64,000 nt of DNA from Trypanosoma brucei (Eukaryota): NCBI GenBank assembly GCA_000002445.1, contig CP000070.1, positions 192,001-256,000 of the forward strand, written 5' to 3'. Positions 41,904 through 49,676 of the stretch are shown here, piece after piece; within the stretch, counting starts at the first letter, position 1, and every line of letters begins with the position of its first letter. Made by a program: the position numbers and the translations under genes. The notes under the pieces were generated by a model. The model was given only the letters and a program-made list of their open reading frames with translations. It did no database searches and was not told the DNA's origin.

Positions 41904-43739
41904 TTGAAGACGGTGTTCTGTCGGTCCAGAGCCCTATCGGCTGGCGTCTGCCCCTGAAAATGCGAGGTAAGAGAGTGAGCGGCGCCGCGTTGGATGGGTA
42001 GGAGGGTCGCACCATGGAATTGATGTGTGTGATGGCCTTCCTGCCTTAGCCGATTCCAGTGGAGGTTCTCGGAGGTGATGAGTTTTTACTTTCGAACTGA
42101 CTACATGCCGCAGCATGGGCGTTCATCGACCGCTGGACTCTAGCAGCCGTGGGGCGTGCTGATTTCGGGAGGAGCAACAAGTGCCGAAGCCTCCCCGAAA
42201 CATCCTCAGTTCGGGTCGGACACGGCAGCTGCTCCCCGTTCCGGTTGAGGCGTTGCTGCGCTTTCGAATCGTCGGCGGTTAAGGGATTCTAGTCCCACGT
42301 GAAAGAGACCACTTGTCAATACGATCGCCGCCGGTTTCGGCTAACCATTCTGATTGTGCTTTGCAGTGCGTCACTTGCCACGCTACTGCTTCAGAGCGTG
42401 GCTGCTCCGGAAGGGTTTTTGGCGAGCCCCCTGGCGGTTGTTTTCACGCTGGCGTTAATCGGACATGATCCCCCGTTTGTTGTCTGATAACGGAGGTAGC
42501 GAAAGAGCATGTGGCGTCGTCACATGGGAATAAGGGGAGCGGCGCCAGGCATTTTGCTGTGCAAACCCCTCTTTGTTATACAGTTTGCTGTCTCCTTTCC
42601 CATTGGGGTGCTGATGAAGTGCCGAAGAATGATCTTGTGAGGTAGGGGCGACTTTACTAGTCGGGGGAGGCGTCTGCTCTATTACTCTGGAGGTGTAACG
42701 CGTAAGTTAGGTGGATGTTGGAGCGTATGCTGGTAGTATTTCAATGTGGTGCAAAATTTTTTGTTTTCCTCCAGCGAAGTTATAAGTGCTCCATGAGCGT
42801 GCGGGTTCTGGGGATGTAGGAATCTGTGTGAACGGATCGTGTTTGGATGGGAGTCGCACATTTTCTCTTCGAGAGAGTGTTGGGAGGTTTGCTCCTTTTA
42901 ATTCCCTTTGTCTGAACAGCAGGAGTTTTCTGATTCTTTGTGGCTGGCCTCTTTTGCTCATCAAGTGTTATTATTATTTTTTAAATTTCATCGCCTACGG
43001 TACGTGGACGGGGAGCTGTGCTGATATCACCGCGCTTCCGTGTTTCGCTTCGTACTTGTTTATTGTTTTGCCGTCTTATCACTCTACGAACCGTACCTCG
43101 TGGATGGTGAGCAGTCTTGTTAGCTGCTTCGTTGCCCGAGGTAAAAGGTACGCGCTGCTTTTGGGTCGAGGAAGTCCCTGCGTTAGGGTGATTCACTCAC
43201 GCTGTGTTGGTCGTGAAGATGCGCTTCCGCTGCATTTCTTGGGGCACACGTGTCTGGAAAAGAAATTCCCCCGACTCACTTGATCGTTTGGGCTCCGCTG
43301 TGGTATGTCGCAACACATAACCACGATTTATCCTTCATAAAATATCTTCGTGTCAAGGAATTGAACTCGAAAACACTAAAGGAGGTGCGGAAAATGCTAA
43401 TATACAGTGCTGTTCCGCTTCGTTTGCTCACGTGCTCGCGTGAAGCGGGCCCATATTGCATGCGTGCCAAAACATGGGTTAAGTTGTCGTGTGTTTCGTC
43501 CTTTCCTCTTATCTTGTGCCCTGTCCCACGCTGTGCGACCTTACATTGTGACTGTTGGTTGGATAAATTGGGTATCGTGATTAAAGGAGTGTACCACTCC
43601 TTTCGTAGGTTTACATATGGGCTACTCTTCGCTTTGATGCTGCCCTTTTTCGCTCTTACTGGGCGGTGATTCCCGTGCACTTAGCACCGAAACAATCGTA
43701 TTTCAACATTTGAGAACTAACTCATAAATATAGCTTTTT

Positions 43740-43920
43740 TGTCCAAGATCGGTCCTTTATTTTTTAATGTTATACAAACTGTTGATTTATTTAAAATATG
43801 AACGGTCATCCCAGTTATCAGAGCTTTTATGCTTGTGCTCGTTGTTAAATTCAGCTCCACCTTTGTTCCAGTCGCTGAAAGGGTATTTCACTCTTCTTAT
43901 TTTCCTCTTTTGGTTAGTAG
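43740..43920 (+). promoter_or_regulatory. polypyrimidine-rich tract upstream of the CCCH gene start (probable trans-splice acceptor / 5' UTR region)
   Basis: T/C-rich plus-strand sequence ending in AG dinucleotides just before the ATG at 43926. Confidence 0.4.
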
Positions 43921-43925
43921 TAGCG

Positions 43926-45158
43926 ATGTCTCGTCGGCGTCCTAATGTGATGTTAACTATCCCTAAGAATACGCTACAAGTCTTTGATATGGGGTTAGAT
44001 TTCCGTTCTTACCTATCCCGCGTGGATGTCAATGGACTACCAGTTTTAGGCAATGTCGTATCCTATGAGGCATCAAAACTGACTGAAGTATTTACTCCGA
44101 CTGTAGGGTTGTTAGTGACGATACTGCACATGCTTGCTCATTGCACCTCAAGTTGCTCCGCCGTAGCTTGGCTGAAAGCCTATGATGCCATCCAAAAGAT
44201 GTATATCGAAAATTCAGAGGAAGAAAACACGGAAGCCGTTCGATACGCTGTGGAGGCTAGAGCGGCTATCAAGGATTATTTGACTGGTGACGCTGTACCC
44301 GGTACAAACCTCCTTTGTGAGAAATTGTTGACTCTTCTCGACCAGCAAAGTGGCATCCATGGTTCTCAAGCTCCATCTCAACGGAAGGTCCCGCGGGAAC
44401 CGAAGGGGGCTTTTTGCAACCTACATCTATCGGACCAAAAGTGCTACCAGGATTTTGCTTGTAATCAGCTTCATTTACAAGAAGTGAAGACGGTGCGTCA
44501 CAGGAAGATTTTTTACATGCGACTTATTGAAGTGCTAAAAGCGGAAAAGCGATCTCGCCAGCAAATCCGCCACCGAATAAAGGACTCAGTTTTCTTTGCC
44601 CGATATGGCAATAAGGTTACCGTTCAATGCCAGGGTAAATGGATTCCATTTTTCAAAACAGTTTATACGGACGGAAGGCTAGAGCAGGCGCTTCGAACTC
44701 AGCATTTCGCTTGTGGTGACAGCGCTTGCGCCGACGAAAATTGTCTGGGAATACATCCACAAGACCGGCGCGTTACCACGTCCAGTAAACTGATGGATCT
44801 TAATAACCCCGATGTAGTACTTCAACAGATAGAGGAAGAAGCGGAGCGACACCTGTCGATGGAGGGGGCATTCAACGATCACGAAGCAGAACATATCTCC
44901 GCAGCCGCAAGTTCATCTTCGATGCCTTCGCCTACATCGGAAATGTGGAGAAATACTGTAAGGGAATATGTGCGGCAAACGGGAATCCCACAGGTGGAGG
45001 CCGATGAGTCGTTACTCAGGACACTGCAAGATGCAAATGTCCTGGCCACACCAACGGCCTCAACAGAGAGCTTAACGCCACTCTTAGACGAACTCGATAT
45101 GCGCACGTTCAGCTCGAGCTCTCCGGTCAGAGAGCATCCCAATGCTGAAATAGGGTGA
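43926..45158 (+). CDS. CCCH-type zinc-finger (ZC3H family) RNA-binding protein, 410 aa
   Basis: Canonical C-x8-C-x5-C-x3-H finger CNLHLSDQKCYQDFACNQLH plus a second variant C-x4-C-x4-C-x3-H (CGDSACADENCLGIH). The ORF is open from 43767, but the Met at 43926 (MSRRRPNV) follows a pyrimidine-rich tract at 43740-43920, so I call it the start. Confidence 0.6.
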   Translation: MSRRRPNVMLTIPKNTLQVFDMGLDFRSYLSRVDVNGLPVLGNVVSYEASKLTEVFTPTVGLLVTILHMLAHCTSSCSAVAWLKAYDAIQKMYIENSEEENTEAVRYAVEARAAIKDYLTGDAVPGTNLLCEKLLTLLDQQSGIHGSQAPSQRKVPREPKGAFCNLHLSDQKCYQDFACNQLHLQEVKTVRHRKIFYMRLIEVLKAEKRSRQQIRHRIKDSVFFARYGNKVTVQCQGKWIPFFKTVYTDGRLEQALRTQHFACGDSACADENCLGIHPQDRRVTTSSKLMDLNNPDVVLQQIEEEAERHLSMEGAFNDHEAEHISAAASSSSMPSPTSEMWRNTVREYVRQTGIPQVEADESLLRTLQDANVLATPTASTESLTPLLDELDMRTFSSSSPVREHPNAEIG

Positions 45159-45305
45159 GATGCGTTTTACATAACAGTAATTGTGGGAGCTTACTAAAAC
45201 CTAGAGAACCGAAAATCCGTTTGAATAGCGTGGGATAGATACTGGGGAAGGGCGCAGGTGCACACAACTGCATGGGGCTGCGCATACCTGCAAGCGCAGG
45301 TATCG

Positions 45306-45345
45306 TTATATACGTATATATATAAATATTTATATATGTATATGG
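45306..45345. repeat. imperfect TA-rich microsatellite
   Basis: ttatatacgtatatatataaatatttatatatgtatat. Confidence 0.7.
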
Positions 45346-45818
45346 GTGACTATACCACTTTACCAAAAAAAAAAAACAACACAACACAGAACAAAAATAG
45401 TGAAGGAAAAACATGCTTTCATAAGATGATAAGTTTTATCTTAGTTGGAATGAAGGTGGTAAGGTTGTCTTCAAATGATTTTTTTTTTTTGAAGAGAAGG
45501 AATTAACTTTATGGAAAAAAGTCCAAGGAAGTGGTTGAGGGAAAGAGAGTACCCTGATGCATTTATCGGTTATCGACACCCGTATGGTATGGGACGGAAT
45601 CGCAGAAGTATTCCAGAGGAATCAGAGTCATCATTTTTTTTCTTTCGAAATATGATGTTTCAATGATGTCAGGAGCAGGTGAATTTCCCCACGTCACATT
45701 GTGCAGAGCATGAATTGAAAGAGAACTACTGCTCGCATATATCGGATTCTCTGCTGACTGTGCTTCTTCCTTGCTACTATTGTGTAAAATGTGACTAAGG
45801 TTAGTTTAGAAATATAAT

Positions 45819-47264
45819 ATGACCGATATGTTGTTTGCTGTTTTATTGACTATATCGTTGTTGGTGCATGTGTCGTTGGCACTGGACCCTACTTATGGAG
45901 CCCAAGACGCGTATCTTGACCATTTTAAGGGGATTAGTTCCAGTGGAGCGTTCCAGTGTCTTACCGGCAGCAAAGTCATAAAGGGTGATCAGATTAATGA
46001 TGATTTTTGTGATTGCCCCGACGGAAGTGATGAGCCAGGGACATCAGCTTGCACAAATCACTTTACCAAAGTTAAGTTTCCTGACGGGTGGAAATTCAGA
46101 TGTCGCAATATTGGTTTTAAGTCAAAGGAAATACCACACAATAGAGTCAACGATGGTTTATGTGACTGTTGTGACGGCTCTGATGAATATGGCGGTATTG
46201 TGCAGTGTGCTAACATTTGTGCGGAGGTGCAGGAGAAAGAGGCGGAGGAACTTATGCTGGAAAGGGAGAAAATGAAGCTTTCTTTAGAGGAAAAGAAGAA
46301 GATGGTTGAGCAGGCCACAGTCAAACGGGAACAAGATAAAGTTGCTTTAAAAGAAGAGAAAGCAGAGCTGGAAGCGGCGGAAATTTCCCGTGAGCGGATG
46401 TCAAGAGACCTTCCGCCGTTGGAAGACCACGAAAAGAAGGAGAAACAACGCTTATCCGAGGAGTTCAAAATTCTTCAAAAACACATCCAGGAAAATGAGG
46501 CGAATGAGGAGGGCACAAAGTTGAAATATAGGGCAGGCTGCACCAAATGGTACACAACAGTGGACTGTGGTACCAAATCAAGCGTAACAGATGAAAAGGG
46601 ATGTGACGAGCTAATTCCAGGTAACGTGTCTGGTTACTGTGAATGTGCTGAAGCAAAAACAGATGCTACAGTGAAATACCAAAAAAATTGTGACCACAAA
46701 CCTCTTCGCTGTTCATTTGTTTGCAAAACGGCGGGAGAGGAAGGGACCTTGTCAAGCAGTGAGGAGCAATACTTCGATACAACCAATGACCCCTCTTATG
46801 AGTTGCCAGGGGCCAAGAATTTACGGGCAAAAATAAAGGACCTTGACGAAAAAATGGACAATCTTCGGTCCTCTATTGCTGCTAAGGAGGCACGGTTGAA
46901 GAGAAACTTGAATACGGAAGACATAATACGGACACTCGAGGATGAATGCTTCACTCTCGACGTTAAAGTATACACTTACAAATTTTGTCCTTTTAAAGAT
47001 GCTCACCAGTACTCCAAAGGAACTGAAATTGGGAATAGCATAGGGAAATGGGTACGTTTCGGTGAGAGTACCTACTCTTTGTGGTCAACCACCGATGACC
47101 ACACACACATGTTGTACGAAGGGGGTGATTGGTGTTGGAATCATGATCAGCGAACCACGGATGTTCGTCTGGTGTGCGGCCCGGAGAACAAGTTGTTGAA
47201 GGCTGAGGAACCGATATCATGCAAATACGCAATGGTGTTCCAAACACCCGCTATATGCGAGTAA
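45819..47264 (+). CDS. glucosidase II beta subunit (PRKCSH-like): signal peptide, two LDLa-like Cys-rich Ca-binding modules, coiled coil, C-terminal MRH domain
   Basis: DDFCDCPDGSDE and DGLCDCCDGSDE motifs; a long E/K-rich coiled coil; C-terminal MRH signature YKFCPFKDAHQ...GDWCWN...RTTDVRLVCG...CKYAMVFQTPAICE. Confidence 0.85.
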   Translation: MTDMLFAVLLTISLLVHVSLALDPTYGAQDAYLDHFKGISSSGAFQCLTGSKVIKGDQINDDFCDCPDGSDEPGTSACTNHFTKVKFPDGWKFRCRNIGFKSKEIPHNRVNDGLCDCCDGSDEYGGIVQCANICAEVQEKEAEELMLEREKMKLSLEEKKKMVEQATVKREQDKVALKEEKAELEAAEISRERMSRDLPPLEDHEKKEKQRLSEEFKILQKHIQENEANEEGTKLKYRAGCTKWYTTVDCGTKSSVTDEKGCDELIPGNVSGYCECAEAKTDATVKYQKNCDHKPLRCSFVCKTAGEEGTLSSSEEQYFDTTNDPSYELPGAKNLRAKIKDLDEKMDNLRSSIAAKEARLKRNLNTEDIIRTLEDECFTLDVKVYTYKFCPFKDAHQYSKGTEIGNSIGKWVRFGESTYSLWSTTDDHTHMLYEGGDWCWNHDQRTTDVRLVCGPENKLLKAEEPISCKYAMVFQTPAICE

Positions 47265-47329
47265 ACCGCCTAATAGTCGGTTAATAATTATCACTTTCTC
47301 GTAAGATGCTACCCAACTCCAACTACTCT

Positions 47330-47400
47330 TGACAACATTCCCTCTGGACCCCTGTACTTTGTAACATCTTCCTCCTCCGAGTTTTTCTTTCCCCCCCTCA
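47330..47400 (+). promoter_or_regulatory. polypyrimidine tract upstream of the PKD-like channel gene
   Basis: cattccctctggacccctgtactttgtaacatcttcctcctccgagtttttctttccccccctc. Confidence 0.4.
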
Positions 47401-47477
47401 CGTTGTAAATTGGATAGTGTGGAGTAAGGTAGTGTCAGGAGTAGTAAGTGGTATACTTTTCATAGTTTTGTCCACAT

Positions 47478-48962
47478 ATGAATCCGAAGCTGTTCTCGAC
47501 GTACGTAATCGACTGTGTCATACTGTTTCTTTTAGTTCTGTTTGCATTTGGATACCAAACGGTTCGAAATCAAGAGCGTGTTGATGCTCAATTTGAGTTA
47601 GCTGCTTCTCTCTTTGGCGCTAAGGACAAGTCTGCTGGAGCTGAGAAGAGCATAAGTTCCGTGAAAGATTTTTTTACAGTTTTCAAAGGTATAATTGATG
47701 CTTATTATCACATACCGGCTGCAGCAACTGGGACATTCATGCACTATACGTATGGGGTGGGCAATTTCACACCGTTGGTCCCTGTTGTTGAAATAACGTT
47801 TCACGACAGACCGCAGAACTCCCTCGCAAAGGTGCCGCTTGTCTTTTCCTTTGATGTTCAAGCAAGCGATGTACTAGGACCGTTCATAAGTCCTCAAAGT
47901 TATTATTACCAGAATGGCTTTTGTGGAGACGGAGTTACTAGCAGGTTGCGTTATATCCTATGCCAAACCTCATCCACACTGGATGTGTTTGACAACGTCG
48001 ACAAGGTTAAACTCTCATTTCAGCTATATTCCATGAGAAGGTCAGATGACGGTAGGGTGCGCCCTGCGGAATGGGACATAGAGGTGATGTTTGGTATGGG
48101 TGGGTACGGCCCTGTTATTACCATGACCACTTCGTTCAGCAGTATCGAGGAGCGTTTCCCGCAGCGTTTTCCCGTCATGATAAGTTGTGCGGTGGCACCT
48201 CTAGTACTGTTGAGCTTTTTGTTTCGCATGGATAGGATCTCGCAGCTTGTAACATACGTGAAAGTGGTGTTAACTACTTGCAGAAGGAGTCAGTGGTACG
48301 GAAGGTTGCGCCCCGATAATTCTGGTTTGAGAGGTCAGAGTTTTCTTCTGCTTGGTGTTTTTTCTGATATAGTTGCGTTGACGTTCAGTATAACGTCACT
48401 TGTGATTCAGTTTACCCCAAAAGTGAGCGGAACGACGGAGCATGCGTTAACAGTCCTACTCGGGTTCGCGGCTTTCATGCGCTCAACACAGTTGATCTCT
48501 GTGCTGAAGCTCTCACCAAGTCTTTGCGTAGTGGTCGATGGTTTTGTTACTGCTAGTGACCAACTTTTCATGTATGTCGTGGCGGTCTTCCCCATTCTGC
48601 TTGGTTATTCAGTGTGCGGTTTCATTGTTTACGGAAGTTACCAGTCTTACTTCAAAACCGTTCCGTATTCAATTGTTACTCTCATCTGTGCGGCGTTCGG
48701 GGATAACCTGATTGATACATTTGTGGACATGGATAGGGGAGCCTACGTTGTTCAAGTGCTCTTCACCCGTATCTTTTTTGGTTCATTTTTGGCGTTTTTT
48801 ATATGTAATGTGCTCAATGTGGCATACAGTATCATTCAGGATTCGTACAATCAAGCTATCCGGATGCACGGTGCGACATCCAGTGGCACCACTGGTGCAA
48901 ATGGCAGTGGTACTCGTTTAACCGAAGAATTGAGGGAAATATTGGGGAAGTTGAGGGGGTAG
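47478..48962 (+). CDS. polycystin/mucolipin-like (PKD/TRPML-type) cation channel, multi-pass membrane protein
   Basis: An N-terminal TM helix, a large luminal loop, then clustered TM helices with a pore-like region (FMRSTQLISVLKLSPSLCVV...ICAAFGDNLIDTFVDMD) resembling the PKD channel domain. Confidence 0.55.
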   Translation: MNPKLFSTYVIDCVILFLLVLFAFGYQTVRNQERVDAQFELAASLFGAKDKSAGAEKSISSVKDFFTVFKGIIDAYYHIPAAATGTFMHYTYGVGNFTPLVPVVEITFHDRPQNSLAKVPLVFSFDVQASDVLGPFISPQSYYYQNGFCGDGVTSRLRYILCQTSSTLDVFDNVDKVKLSFQLYSMRRSDDGRVRPAEWDIEVMFGMGGYGPVITMTTSFSSIEERFPQRFPVMISCAVAPLVLLSFLFRMDRISQLVTYVKVVLTTCRRSQWYGRLRPDNSGLRGQSFLLLGVFSDIVALTFSITSLVIQFTPKVSGTTEHALTVLLGFAAFMRSTQLISVLKLSPSLCVVVDGFVTASDQLFMYVVAVFPILLGYSVCGFIVYGSYQSYFKTVPYSIVTLICAAFGDNLIDTFVDMDRGAYVVQVLFTRIFFGSFLAFFICNVLNVAYSIIQDSYNQAIRMHGATSSGTTGANGSGTRLTEELREILGKLRG

Positions 48963-49129
48963 TTTCCTGCCCTTCTTATTCATTGTTGTTGTTGGTGACA
49001 GCAACATCAGGTTTCTTAGGTGATGCGGCTGTGTCTGGTGAGCTCGCAGTCGGTTGCGTTTGCTTCGTTGTTGTTGCCTTGTTGAGTGAGGGGATGCTAC
49101 AAAGCGTCTTATGCGAATTTAAGTGGATG

Positions 49130-49210
49130 ACTATTGCTCATATTTTTATCCTTTCCCTTTTTTGCTCCCTTCCTCTGTTAATTTGTTTTGTTGTGTAATC
49201 TTTTGATACC
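49130..49210 (+). promoter_or_regulatory. polypyrimidine tract upstream of the kinase gene
   Basis: atttttatcctttcccttttttgctcccttcctctgttaatttgttttgttgtg. Confidence 0.35.
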
Positions 49211-49676
49211 GTTGTACTATGGTGTTTTGTTTCTAAATTTCTACTCCAATAACGCACTTTTTGCGAAGCTCAGCGAACCCTAGTCGAAACATAAAATCAT
49301 TTTTATTCACCCCATCGAGTTGGCAAGTGCGTTTGCTGCGGTGAGTCGCCATACTTCAACTGCTAAGTTAACACCGAGAGGGAAGAGAGCTAGAGGAGCA
49401 GCATCAGCGCAATTTCACGGATTTAGTGTTGTTAGACACAACCCCTTTTTTGTGTTGCACCCGGCCGTTGCGTGAACGACGCGACGAAAACTCATACAAC
49501 ACAAAACCCTTACCGCAAACAGCAGGCAAATCGGCTGGGGAATAGAAAAAAGGTGTTGTAGCACCTTGTATATATATAATTTGTAGCACGAAAAGTATAA
49601 CGGATCCCTTCAAATAGTGGTGTACCCAAGTACTCCCTTTTCAGGTAGACAATAGTGCATATTTGGTTGTGCATCA

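Larger units (their letters stand above)
36656..43925. promoter_or_regulatory. divergent strand-switch region (probable bidirectional RNA pol II transcription start region) between the leftward (minus) and rightward (plus) gene arrays
   Basis: All genes at or below 36655 are on the minus strand and all genes at or above 43926 are on the plus strand. About 7.2 kb lacks any ORF above 300 aa. The flanks show a mirrored composition skew (see findings). Confidence 0.6.

Noticed and set aside
43250-43680. Overlapping plus and minus ORFs of about 135 aa at the right edge of the strand-switch region
   Set aside because: They are mutually antisense in a GT-skewed non-coding flank, without motifs. They are likely spurious.
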